A stretch of DNA of 64,000 nt, from assembly GCA_902800055.1 (NCBI GenBank), contig CADCCW010000001.1:14932-78931 (forward strand). The letters are read 5' to 3'. This document shows positions 57,201-64,000 of this stretch, piece after piece. A program made the translations under genes and the position numbers. Origin of the DNA: an uncultured bacterium. GTDB taxonomy: Bacteria; Verrucomicrobiota; Kiritimatiellia; RFP12; UBA1067. Numbering within the stretch: the stretch's first letter is position 1; each line of letters starts with the position of its first letter. The notes beneath the pieces are model-generated. The model ran no database searches and was not told where the DNA came from. It saw only the letters and a list, made by a program, of their open reading frames with translations.

Positions 57201-57728
57201 CGCGAGTTCCTCGTAGCCGAAGACGTGTGTCGTGACGCCGCAGAGCGAAAGGCCGATGTCGAACCGCCCGCGCCTCAGCAGGTCGTCGAAGTCCGCGTGC
57301 GCCCGCTCCTCGTCGCGGTCGGCGACGAAGTTGAACCAGCCCCACCAGCCCTCCTGCACGTAGCGGAGCGCGGCGGGGTCGTCGTCGGGACGGCGGTCGG
57401 CGGCCATCAGCTCCTTGGCGAGCTCCAGCCGGCGGACCGTCCCCTTGCGCTGGACGTAGTTGGAGCGGTGGAGGCCGAGGTCGGTGTGGGCGGACTTGAT
57501 GCCGTAGATCGTCCATTCCCTGACCGGCGGCAGACCCGGCGGCAGCGCATTGGTCGCCACGAGCTCGAACACCGTCTCGCCGTTCTCGCTCCGCGAGACA
57601 AGCCGCCGTCCGTCGCGCGTCACCATCGAATACGCCGTCAGCCCGTCGGCTGCCTGCGCAACCGCCGCGGCCGCCAGCGCCGCCAAGGCCAAAGCCAGAA
57701 GTCGTCTCGTTTTCATGGTTCCCTGCAT
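54228..57728 (-). CDS. Secreted multidomain protein: large glycoside-hydrolase-like N-terminal region (GH38-like, tentative), Fn3-like module and C-terminal aldose/hexose-6-phosphate 1-epimerase domain
   Basis: Signal peptide MKTRRLLALALAALAAAAVAQA. IYGIKSAHTDLGLH resembles the GH38 H-x-D metal-site start. The Fn3-like segment runs YLLWGTDDAPDFDHYEI...YRVRSVYKDGRKGAWS. In the C-terminal 270 aa, HGGIPICWPWFG...LPKHGLARYATW...HPYFRV matches YeaD-type mutarotases. Confidence 0.65.
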   Translation of the reverse strand: MQGTMKTRRLLALALAALAAAAVAQAADGLTAYSMVTRDGRRLVSRSENGETVFELVATNALPPGLPPVREWTIYGIKSAHTDLGLHRSNYVQRKGTVRRLELAKELMAADRRPDDDPAALRYVQEGWWGWFNFVADRDEERAHADFDDLLRRGRFDIGLSLCGVTTHVFGYEELARSIYPIRELRAKWNVRGHTSQLVDNPGVSCAVIDPYAEAGIENLTFWPNGWVLKQLDCGNDPRRMRIRFAPGSDYPLVFWWEAPSGNRLLVWSGSNYIGGERFGLATAFIDRLSHPQPEIAEVPSPNWRPDLAKMERATAGTLAWLEQAIPYDVWLFPDYHDDEIPSTRLADSFAEWNAKWATPVFRTVGRLDEPFERLRVKFADKIPVVRGDLTCAWDRTLPAAAELLADKLAADRALPLTEARAVVAAVKGNAPYPRDDLEHGYAALVLNDDHSYGFSGYSGRRCYDTWTQHRDWIETAARIAGSDFISRKERKGRKEELPKTIENRWYRVEVNARGEITSIYDKDLKRELLDGVANRLLYTRDGYRSWSDPATLGAKIVQKVSLDPDEKRIVVENTIEDAADLWNTNRFYRYGHYAFPFKVESPRFVSQLNGPVIDAHNGVTPHVQDTYSCIRDWCAVENGEFGVALVQPDTCIVEYGELHTTNAYCRAGRPGRGHVYSFAFADGLQYQLDRPPSFRFRYVLTSYAGSWRDAHIPAFAARQVGALAADRGIAALIRADRTNVELTALKLAEDGNGLIVRFRETEGRATRAKVVQSLVKDARIERVTVLEEPWRGESAAEDGFELRPFETVTLRLTGELPPFKTAAEKVPWTGLLTRPRVFPGGKNGTTYLLWGTDDAPDFDHYEICRDGLPLATVTNIVDEGVLYRNARYEDAEASPSTRHVYRVRSVYKDGRKGAWSEFMGLDCDVVEFWELKARRTGAHVWSWRPTKANGEVLFLQEHPPWGKEVHGGIPICWPWFGAPPKEGLPKHGLARYATWKCTRDGVFELDSNDATRALWPHDFHLEVEVRTDGDGRLVVRLTETNTGKEAFESAWGFHPYFRVADAERVAVDGERQPRPSVLVHTTAAEKGRCRTLTDLVSGRVITVESSDNEDWMVWNPGVDRTPLCKTLGPDEWKRFYCIEPCTLAPRSLAPGQSRTHEMTIEVRSP
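56241..56267. repeat. 9-nt period array CTCTTTGCG TCCTTTGCG TTCTTTGCG in frame inside the glycosidase-like/epimerase gene
   Basis: Read directly from the sequence. It is followed by the AT-rich gctaataaaatc. Translated on the minus strand it gives ISRKERKGRKEEL. Confidence 0.85.
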
Positions 57729-59192
57729 TTATGCATTGCCTCCCTTGGCGGCGGCAAGCACCGCCTTTGCGACATCCTCCCCGACGCCGGCGCAGGCGGC
57801 GACCTCGTCGGCGGACGCGCGCGCAATCCCGCGCACCGACCCGAACCGCTTCAGGAGCTTCAGCTTCTTCGCCGCGCCGATGCCCGGCACCTCGTCGAGC
57901 GCGGACTCGCGGATGGCGCGCTCGCGCAGCGAGCGGTGGTAGGTGATGGCGAAGCGGTGCGCCTCGTCCCGCAGCCGCGTCAGCACGAAGAGCGCCTCCG
58001 AGTCGCGCGGCAGCAGGATGCTCTCACGGCCGTCGTCAAGCACGATCTCCTCCTGGCGCTCCGCGAGCCCGATGGTCGGGATGTCGGCGACGCCGAGCTC
58101 GGCAAACACCGCGCGCGCCGCCCTAAGCTGGGTGATGCCGCCGTCGCAGACGAAGAGGTCCGCGCGCGGCGAGGTGGCGAGCAGGGTCGAGTCCGGCCCG
58201 TAGCGACGGCGCACCACCTCGGCCATCGCGCGCGGGTCGTCCGCCCCCTTGAAGGAGCGGATGCGGAAGTGCCGGTAGTAGCGGCCGTCCGGCAGCCCGT
58301 CGCGCGCGACGACCAGCGAGGCGACGTTGTATTCGCCGAAGAGGTTGGAGATGTCGGCGCACTCGATGATCCGCGGCGGCTTCTTAAGCCCGATCGCCGC
58401 GGCCAGCTCCCCAAGCCCCCGCATGGCGTCCTCGCGGCGCATCTGCGGCGTGCGGCGGACGAAGTGCGCCTTGGTCATCTCCCGGAGCGCGGCGACGGTG
58501 TCGCGCAGCCGCGCGGCGCTTTCGTAGTCGCCCGCCTCGGCGCGCGCGCGCATCTCCTCCTCCACCGCGGCGATCTCCGCCGGGCGCTTCCCGTCGAGGA
58601 ACTCGCACGCCTCGTCGAAGCGGCGCCGGTACTCGTCCTGCGCGACCGATCCGAGGCACGGCGCGCTGCAGGAGCGGATCACGTTCGCGAGGCAGTGGCG
58701 GTGGGCGGCCTCGTCCGGCACGAGGCAGGCGCAGGAGCGGATGCCCCAGCGGCGCTCGACGAAGTCCTTGGCCGCGCGCACGACCGGCGCGGAGGGAAAC
58801 GGGCCGAAGTAGCGCGCGCCGTCGTCCCGCACGATCCGGCAGCAGGCGAAGCGCGGCCACGGCGAGGCGGCGTCGGCCTTGAGCGCCAGGTAGCGCTTGT
58901 CGTCCCGCATCAGGATGTTGAAGTGCGGCTTGTGGCGTTTGATGAGCGACGCCTCGGTGAGCAGCGACTCCGCCTCGTTCTTCACCGTCATGAAGTCGAA
59001 GTCGTGCACCAGCTCCACCATCGAGCGCACCTTCGGCGCCAGGCGCGCGTGCGGGCGGAAGTAGGACTGCACCCGCCGGCGCAGGTTCTTGGCCTTGCCA
59101 ACGTAGATGATTTCGCCCCGGCGATCTCGCATGAGATAGCAGCCGGGGCGGCAGGGCAGCGACTTGAGCCGCTCTCTGACGAGGTCGGTCAA
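57729..59192 (-). CDS. uvrC: Excinuclease ABC subunit C
   Basis: GIY-YIG motif (PGCYLMRDRRGEIIYVGKAKNLRRRVQSYF), UVR motif (AEAGDYESAARLRDTVAALRE), endonuclease core, and C-terminal HhH (VPGIGAAKKLKLLKRFGSV). Confidence 0.9.
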   Translation of the reverse strand: MTDLVRERLKSLPCRPGCYLMRDRRGEIIYVGKAKNLRRRVQSYFRPHARLAPKVRSMVELVHDFDFMTVKNEAESLLTEASLIKRHKPHFNILMRDDKRYLALKADAASPWPRFACCRIVRDDGARYFGPFPSAPVVRAAKDFVERRWGIRSCACLVPDEAAHRHCLANVIRSCSAPCLGSVAQDEYRRRFDEACEFLDGKRPAEIAAVEEEMRARAEAGDYESAARLRDTVAALREMTKAHFVRRTPQMRREDAMRGLGELAAAIGLKKPPRIIECADISNLFGEYNVASLVVARDGLPDGRYYRHFRIRSFKGADDPRAMAEVVRRRYGPDSTLLATSPRADLFVCDGGITQLRAARAVFAELGVADIPTIGLAERQEEIVLDDGRESILLPRDSEALFVLTRLRDEAHRFAITYHRSLRERAIRESALDEVPGIGAAKKLKLLKRFGSVRGIARASADEVAACAGVGEDVAKAVLAAAKGGNA

Positions 59193-59389
59193 GCCAGTTC
59201 CTTGGCCGGCTCTGGCTTCTTCTCGCCTTCGGCCGCCGCCTCTTCTTCCTTCTCGCCCTCGACGAGCCCCTTCTTGAACTCGCCCTTCGCCTTGCCGATC
59301 GAGCGCGCGAGCTCGGGGATCTTCTTGGCGCCGAAGAGTATCGCGATGATCGCGACGATGATCAGAATCTGCCAGAATCCAGGTCTCAT
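59189..59389 (-). CDS. tatA: Twin-arginine translocase subunit TatA/E
   Basis: The real start is MRPGFWQILIIVAIIAILFGAKKIPELARSIGKAKGEFKKG at 59389, with an AGGAGG Shine-Dalgarno 6 nt upstream. 66 aa with an acidic tail. Confidence 0.85.
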   Translation of the reverse strand: MRPGFWQILIIVAIIAILFGAKKIPELARSIGKAKGEFKKGLVEGEKEEEAAAEGEKKPEPAKELA

Positions 59390-59419
59390 GTTTTCCTCCT
59401 TAAGTTGCTGTGGGACTGT

Positions 59420-59428
59420 ATTATACCA
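59420..59428 (-). promoter_or_regulatory. Extended -10 box TGGTATAAT upstream of tatA (30-nt leader with AGGAGG Shine-Dalgarno)
   Basis: The minus strand reads GAATATGGTATAATACAGTCCCACAGCAACTTAAGGAGGAAAAC-ATG. It overlaps the last codons of queH. Confidence 0.45.
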
Positions 59429-59954
59429 TATTCCGCGAAAACTCGCAGCCGCAGTAGGACTGGCGGTAGAGGTTGAGCTCCTTGGAGCGCGCCACGGAGC
59501 GCTGGAAGCCGCCGTCCTTCTTGAAGTCGATCTCCGCGAACCCTTCGCCGGCCTCGCGTCCGGCGGCGAAGACCTGGCTCGAGACCTTGTGCGGCGAGAC
59601 GGTAAGCGAGGTCGTGAACTCGCCGATGCCGCGCGCGGCGGCGAACTCGGCCACCTTGCGGAGCGAATAGCGGAAGCAGCGCTCGCACCGCGCACCGTGC
59701 TCCGGCTCGCCCTCGAGCCCCACGGCGACTTCGCGCAGCCACTCCGCGTGGTCGTAGGGGACGACCTCGAAGGCGACGCCGTCGTGTTCCGCCAGCGCGG
59801 CGGCGGCGCCGCGGCGGCGCTCGAACTCCTCCGCCGTGTCGATGTTGGAGTTGGCGAAGACCATCGTCACCTCGCGTCCGTCGGCGACGAGACGCGGCAC
59901 GCACGCCGAGGCGCACGGTCCGCAGCAGACGTGGAGAGCGATTGCTTTACTCAT
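59421..59954 (-). CDS. queH: Epoxyqueuosine reductase QueH (DUF208)
   Basis: LHVCCGPCAS N-terminal Cys motif, CERCFRYSL, and the C-terminal YRQSYCGCEFS motif are diagnostic of DUF208/QueH. Confidence 0.85.
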   Translation of the reverse strand: MSKAIALHVCCGPCASACVPRLVADGREVTMVFANSNIDTAEEFERRRGAAAALAEHDGVAFEVVPYDHAEWLREVAVGLEGEPEHGARCERCFRYSLRKVAEFAAARGIGEFTTSLTVSPHKVSSQVFAAGREAGEGFAEIDFKKDGGFQRSVARSKELNLYRQSYCGCEFSRNMV

Positions 59955-60351
59955 CCGCCTCCACCTTCCTGCGCATGGCCTTCACCTCCGAATGCGCGTG
60001 CTTGTCGGCGAGCATCTTCTGCTTCTGGCGGCGACTGCGGCGGCGCTTCTGGCGGCGCACCTTCTCGCGCCGCTGCTGTTCCGCGGTCGCCCGCCCCTTC
60101 TCGCGCGCGAGGATCGCCTCGGCGAGCATCCGCCGCGCGAGCCAGCGGTTCGTCTCGCGGCTGCGGGTCTCGCCGCAGCGCACCGCCATCCCGCTCGGCG
60201 CATGCGCGAGCCTGACCACGCTCGAGGTCTTGTTGGTCTTCTGTCCGCCGGGACCGCCGCCGAGGATGAAGCTCTCCTCGAGGTCGTCCTCGAACACCGA
60301 AGCCTCGGCCATCAGCGCCTCGATGCGCGCGATCGTCTCCGGCGAGATCAT
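59947..60351 (-). CDS. RF-1-domain GGQ protein (ArfB/YaeJ-like peptidyl-tRNA hydrolase)
   Basis: [19 protein letters not shown] loop, followed by a long basic tail ([19 protein letters not shown]...[10 protein letters not shown]), as in ArfB-type ribosome rescue factors. Confidence 0.7.
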   Translation of the reverse strand: MISPETIARIEALMAEASVFEDDLEESFILGGGPGGQKTNKTSSVVRLAHAPSGMAVRCGETRSRETNRWLARRMLAEAILAREKGRATAEQQRREKVRRQKRRRSRRQKQKMLADKHAHSEVKAMRRKVEADE

Positions 60352-60800
60352 TCCGCGCCCGCCTTCAGCTCCAGCGAAAACGGCCCGTCGTTGACGAGCC
60401 TGACGCTCATCTCCGCGCCGAAGCGGCCGGTGCCGACCCGGTCGGCGCCGAGCGTCTCGCGGAGGCGCGCGACGACGCGCTCGTAGAGCGGCTCGGCGAC
60501 TTCCGGACGCGCCGCCGCGGAAAAGCCGGGACGCCGCCCGTGCCGCGTGTCGGCGTAGAGCGTGAACTGCGAGACGACGATCACCGAGCCGCCGGCGTCC
60601 TGGATGGAGAGGTTGGTCTTGCCCGCGGCGTCCTCGAAGATCCTGAGCGCGACGATCCGCGCGGCGAGCTCGTCGGCGTCCTTATCGGTGTCGGAGTGGG
60701 TAACGCCGAGCAGGACGAGATAGCCGCGCCCGATGGACGCGACCGTCTCGCCGCCGATCGTCACCGACGCCTCCGTCACCCGCTGTATCCACGCCTTCAT
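60348..60800 (-). CDS. dtd: D-aminoacyl-tRNA deacylase
   Basis: The real start is [13 protein letters not shown] at 60800. [28 protein letters not shown] and [16 protein letters not shown] follow the Dtd pattern, including the SQFTL motif. Confidence 0.9.
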   Translation of the reverse strand: MKAWIQRVTEASVTIGGETVASIGRGYLVLLGVTHSDTDKDADELAARIVALRIFEDAAGKTNLSIQDAGGSVIVVSQFTLYADTRHGRRPGFSAAARPEVAEPLYERVVARLRETLGADRVGTGRFGAEMSVRLVNDGPFSLELKAGAE

Positions 60801-60823
60801 CCGGTTTTCCTTTCCAATGCCCG

Positions 60824-61681
60824 TTATCGTCCGTCGTAGGCGGCGAGAAGCGCCGGGGTGACGTCGGCGAGCGAGGCAACGCGTTCGCGCAAAAACTCCT
60901 CCCCGGGGCCGTAGGCGACGAACGGCACCGGGTTGCGGGTGTGGCCGTGGTCGCCGATGGACTCGATGTTGCCGTGGTCGGAAGTGATTACCAGCGTGAG
61001 GCCCGCCGCTTCGACATAGCGCACCAGCGCGGCGAGGAAGCGGTCGTAGACCCGCAGCACCGCGCAGGCGCGGCGGTAGTCCATCGAATGGCCGGAGACG
61101 TCGGTCTGGAAAAACTCGAAGAGCGTGAAGTCGTGCTCGCGCGCGATGCGGAAAAGGTGCTCGGCGGCGCGCTGCGGCGGGATGACCGGGATGTCGGGGT
61201 AGCGGTCCTGGATCGTCTCGCGGGTGATGTCCTGCATCAGCGCCTCGTCGCGCACCAGGTCGTCGACGGTCGACACCGTCTCCGGCACGGTGAGCGCCAT
61301 CACGGTGGTAACGGACTTGAACCGCCGCAGCGCGAGCTCGTCCGCGCCGTCCACCAGGTACGCGTCGGCGAAGCGCACCGAAAGCCCGCGGCGCTTCAGC
61401 TCGAGGAAGAGGTTGCCGTCCTCGATGATCTTGCGGAGCGCGGGGCCGGGGAAGCCCTCGCAGTGCTTGCCCATCGCCTCGGCGCAGTTGCGGCCGGTGA
61501 ACATCGTCGCCTGGCCGGTGGCGGACTGCGGCAGCCCCTCCACGCCGAGACACGCGTCAATCGGACGCGAGTGGCGCTCGAGGAGCCGACACAGCACCGG
61601 ACAGACCTCGGGGTTGACCGGGTTGTCCGCGGCAGGCTCGCGGATGCCGAGCCCGTCGATGAATAGAAAGACCGCCTTCAA
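60824..61681 (-). CDS. Alkaline-phosphatase-superfamily metalloenzyme (phosphopentomutase / cofactor-independent PGM-like)
   Basis: (M)[11 protein letters not shown]..., [21 protein letters not shown] and [11 protein letters not shown]...GHTRNPVPF are metal-ligand motifs of the Metalloenzyme family. The start is inferred as TTG 61681, in a TTGA overlap with the upstream stop. The next in-frame ATG would delete the first metal-binding Asp. Confidence 0.65.
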   Translation of the reverse strand: MKAVFLFIDGLGIREPAADNPVNPEVCPVLCRLLERHSRPIDACLGVEGLPQSATGQATMFTGRNCAEAMGKHCEGFPGPALRKIIEDGNLFLELKRRGLSVRFADAYLVDGADELALRRFKSVTTVMALTVPETVSTVDDLVRDEALMQDITRETIQDRYPDIPVIPPQRAAEHLFRIAREHDFTLFEFFQTDVSGHSMDYRRACAVLRVYDRFLAALVRYVEAAGLTLVITSDHGNIESIGDHGHTRNPVPFVAYGPGEEFLRERVASLADVTPALLAAYDGR

Positions 61682-63045
61682 TTCCTGAACGAGTGTATGG
61701 GCGCGGGGATGCGGCCGCGCCGCGCGACGAACCGTTCGCAGGAGAACGGCGACACCTTCATCACCGGCGCGCCGCCGAGGAGCCCGCCGAACTCCACGAA
61801 GTCGCCGACCTTCCTGCCGGCCACGGGGATGATGCGCACCGCCGTCGTCTTCTGGTTGACCATGCCGATCGCCGCCTCGTCGGCGATGACGCCTGCGATC
61901 GTGCTTGCGGAGGTCGAGCCGGGGACGGCGATCATGTCGAGCCCCACCGAGCAGACGCAGGTCATCGCCTCGAGCTTCTCGATCGAAAGCGCGCCGGCGC
62001 GCACCGCGTCGATCATGCCCTGGTCCTCGGAGACGGGGATGAACGCGCCGGAGAGACCGCCGACGTAGCTCGACGCCATCACGCCGCCCTTCTTGACCTG
62101 GTCGTTGAGGAGCGCGAGCGCGGCGGTGGTGCCCGGCGCGCCGGGATGCTCGACGCCGATCTCCTTCAGGATGTCGGCGACGGAGTCGCCCACCGCCGGC
62201 GTCGGCGCGAGCGAAAGGTCGACGATGCCGAACGGCACGCCCAGGCGCTTCGCCGCCTCCTGCGCGACGATCTGGCCGACGCGGGTAATCTTGAAGGCGG
62301 TGCGCTTGACGGTCTCGCAGAGGGTCTCGAAGTCCACGCCGCGGCAGGAGCCGGCGAGGACGCGGTGCACCACGCCGGGGCCGGAGACGCCGACGTGCAG
62401 CACGGCGTCGCCCTCGGTGACGCCGTGGAAGGCGCCGGCCATGAACGGGTTGTCGTCCGGCGCGTTGCAGAGGACGACCAGCTTGGCGCAGCCGATCGAG
62501 CCGCGCTTGCGCGTGCGCTCCGCCGTCGCCTTGACGATCTCGCCCATCAGCCGCACCGCGTCCATGTCGAGCCCGGTCTTGGTGGAGCCGACGTTCACCG
62601 AGGAGCAGACGCGCTCGGTGGAGGCGAGCGCCTCGGGGATGGAGCGGATGAGCATCTCGTCCGCCGGCGTCATCCCCTTCGAGACGATCGCCGAGAAGCC
62701 GCCGACGAAGTTCACCCCGAGCCGCCGCGCGGCGCGGTCGAGCGTCTTCGCGATCTTCACGAAGTCGGCCGGTCTGCGGCAGCACGCCGAGCCGACGATC
62801 GCCGCCGGCGTCACCGAGATGCGCTTGTTGACGACGGGGACGCCGAACTCGCGGCCGATGTCGTCGCCGGTGCGCACCAGCCTGCCCGCCAGGCGCATGA
62901 GCTTCGCCTCGATTGCCGCGCAAGTCTTCGCGAGCGAAGAGCCGGCGCAGTCGAGGAGCGAGATCCCCATCGTGATGGTCCTCACGTCGAGGTTCTCCTC
63001 GAGGATCATCCGGTTGGTCTCGATGACTTCGCTGAGGTTGATCAT
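61678..63045 (-). CDS. UPF0210 (DUF711) family protein
   Basis: 455 aa. The N-terminus [33 protein letters not shown]... and its pairing with a small upstream ACT protein are typical of the UPF0210/UPF0237 gene pair, as I recall it. Confidence 0.7.
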   Translation of the reverse strand: MINLSEVIETNRMILEENLDVRTITMGISLLDCAGSSLAKTCAAIEAKLMRLAGRLVRTGDDIGREFGVPVVNKRISVTPAAIVGSACCRRPADFVKIAKTLDRAARRLGVNFVGGFSAIVSKGMTPADEMLIRSIPEALASTERVCSSVNVGSTKTGLDMDAVRLMGEIVKATAERTRKRGSIGCAKLVVLCNAPDDNPFMAGAFHGVTEGDAVLHVGVSGPGVVHRVLAGSCRGVDFETLCETVKRTAFKITRVGQIVAQEAAKRLGVPFGIVDLSLAPTPAVGDSVADILKEIGVEHPGAPGTTAALALLNDQVKKGGVMASSYVGGLSGAFIPVSEDQGMIDAVRAGALSIEKLEAMTCVCSVGLDMIAVPGSTSASTIAGVIADEAAIGMVNQKTTAVRIIPVAGRKVGDFVEFGGLLGGAPVMKVSPFSCERFVARRGRIPAPIHSFRN

Positions 63046-63055
63046 CGCCCTGCCC

Positions 63056-63328
63056 TCACACGCGGTGCATCTTCTCGAAGATCTCGGACTTCTGGCAGCG
63101 GATCTTGAGGCCCATCTCCGCGCCGATCCGGTCGAGGGCGGCGCCGAGGCGCTCGAACGACTTCGTGTACTTCGAAGCGTCCGCCACCATCATCATGTTG
63201 AAGTAGCCGCCGACCACGGTCTGGGCGATGTCGAGGATGTTCACCCCGTTCTTCGCGAGGTACGCGCTGACGCGGGCGATGATGCCGACGGTGTCCTTGC
63301 CGACTACGGTTATGATTACCTTTTTCAT
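63056..63328 (-). CDS. ACT-domain protein (UPF0237 family)
   Basis: The real start is [38 protein letters not shown] at 63328. 90 aa with an ACT fold pattern. Confidence 0.75.
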   Translation of the reverse strand: MKKVIITVVGKDTVGIIARVSAYLAKNGVNILDIAQTVVGGYFNMMMVADASKYTKSFERLGAALDRIGAEMGLKIRCQKSEIFEKMHRV

Positions 63329-63338
63329 ATTATGTTGA

Positions 63339-63347
63339 ATTATACCA
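63339..63347 (-). promoter_or_regulatory. Extended -10 box TGGTATAAT, 10 nt upstream of the ACT-protein ATG
   Basis: The minus strand reads TTTTTATGGTATAATTCAACATAAT-ATG. It overlaps the ybeY stop. Confidence 0.45.
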
Positions 63348-63804
63348 TAAAAAGCGCCGCGGCGGCGCGCAGCCAGGCAAGTTCGCGGCGGCGCATGGCG
63401 GCGTAGCCGCGCGGGGTGTGGTCGTCCGCGCCGGAAAGGTGGTCCATCCCGTGGGCGACGTAGAGGAGCAGCTCCTTCGCCGCGCTCCAGCCGCGGCGGC
63501 GCGGCGCGGCGGCGAGCGCGCGCTCGGCGTTGACGTAGAGCTCGCCGTAGACGCCGTCCGCCTCGCCCGGCATCGCATCGTAGCGCTGGGTGGTGACGTC
63601 GGTCGGGCCGTCCGCGCCGTTGATCGCCGCGTGGGTCACGGCGGAGAAGGAGTCGTCCTGCAGCACCACCGCCACCTCGCGGAACGGAAAGCACGCGCGC
63701 GCCGCGGCCTTCGCGGCGAAACAAGCAGCGGCGCGGCGGAGCGCGGCGCGGTCCACGCCGATGCCGCGCGGCAGCCGCCCCTCGATCACGATTCGGCAGG
63801 ACAT
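63340..63804 (-). CDS. ybeY: Endoribonuclease YbeY (rRNA maturation factor)
   Basis: Start at Met 63804 (MSCRIVIEG). ...VTTQRYD... and LLLYVAHGMDHLSGADDH form a variant of the H-G-x-L-H-L-x-G-y-D-H zinc motif. Confidence 0.7.
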   Translation of the reverse strand: MSCRIVIEGRLPRGIGVDRAALRRAAACFAAKAAARACFPFREVAVVLQDDSFSAVTHAAINGADGPTDVTTQRYDAMPGEADGVYGELYVNAERALAAAPRRRGWSAAKELLLYVAHGMDHLSGADDHTPRGYAAMRRRELAWLRAAAALFMV

Positions 63805-64000
63805 GGCGCGGAATCCCTCGCTTCGCGGTAGAAGACGGTGCGGGCGACGATGCACCAGACCCCCAGATACACCATGGCCGCCACCAGCAGCGCGATGAAC
63901 AGCGACGTCGCCATCGCCGCGACTGCGCCGCCGAGCAGGCCGGCGAGCGACGTCGGGACGAGTGCCGCGAAGAGCGCCAGCATCGCCATGAAGACGAACG
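63786..64000 (-). CDS. C-terminal end of a membrane protein whose start lies beyond the window
   Basis: The frame is open to the window edge (..FVF upstream of the track Met 63989). The sequence is hydrophobic, TM-like (MAMLALFAALVPTSLAGLLGGAVAAMATSLFIALLVAAMVYLGVWCIV). Identity unknown. Confidence 0.35.
   Translation of the reverse strand, partial: FVFMAMLALFAALVPTSLAGLLGGAVAAMATSLFIALLVAAMVYLGVWCIVARTVFYREARDSAPCPAES

Noticed and set aside
54258-60215. 1985-aa plus-strand ORF, the longest in the track
   Set aside because: It is antisense to six well-supported minus-strand genes (U32 start, glycosidase/epimerase, uvrC, tatA, queH, ArfB-like). Its translation is dominated by R, A, G, P, V, L and D with no recognisable motifs. 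This is a typical stop-codon-poor shadow frame of high-GC DNA.
63786-63989. Stand-alone 67-aa membrane protein
   Set aside because: The frame is open upstream of its Met to the window edge, so it is more likely the C-terminal end of a larger membrane protein. It is reported only as a partial CDS of unknown identity.

Overview
High-GC bacterial chromosome segment in which almost every real gene is on the minus strand. The many Arg/Ala/Pro/Gly-rich ORFs on the opposite strand or in other frames are GC-driven shadow ORFs. No rRNA, tRNA or CRISPR array was seen.

Gene content in window order (transcription mostly runs right to left):
- 1-1764: rpoN (runs off the window edge) and a lipid-A-type acyltransferase.
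- 1770-9105: an Rnf operon in the order rnfA-rnfB-X-rnfC-[low-GC insert]-rnfD-rnfG. X is a secreted beta-helix protein. The insert carries a RhuM remnant and a Sel1/coiled-coil secreted protein. No rnfE is present.
- 9187-14501: housekeeping genes rsfS, a GT5 glycogen synthase, an OadA-like biotin carboxyltransferase, xerD and a purine nucleoside phosphorylase.
- 14653-15909: a tyrosine integrase with a SHOCT tail, on the plus strand.
- about 16.4-50.1 kb: a surface-polysaccharide (EPS/capsule) locus. It encodes Wzx, Wzy, Wza, a Wzc-like protein, an initiating sugar transferase, GT2/GT4/GT8/GT26 glycosyltransferases, a pyruvyl transferase and a GH9-like hydrolase.
- Interleaved with that locus: four Hpt-less hybrid histidine kinases, a free Hpt protein, a REC-PP2C-GHKL switch protein and a STAS protein.
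- 50.2-64 kb: dinG, then a housekeeping string of a U32 peptidase, a large glycosidase-like/aldose-epimerase fusion, uvrC, tatA, queH, an ArfB-like GGQ protein, dtd, a metalloenzyme, UPF0210, an ACT protein and ybeY.

Observations most worth follow-up:
1. The phosphorelay plus partner-switching module embedded in the EPS operon, including a kinase whose sensor is a complete APC amino-acid-permease domain.
2. A family of 7-, 8- and 9-nt short-period repeat cassettes, some of them G-quadruplex motifs and one a 76-nt hairpin. They sit in frame inside enzymes, in either orientation, and also in intergenic regions.
3. Extended -10 boxes (TGnTAWAAT) only 7-11 nt upstream of start codons, which implies leaderless or near-leaderless mRNAs.

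All calls rest on reading the translations and DNA by eye. No database search was run.
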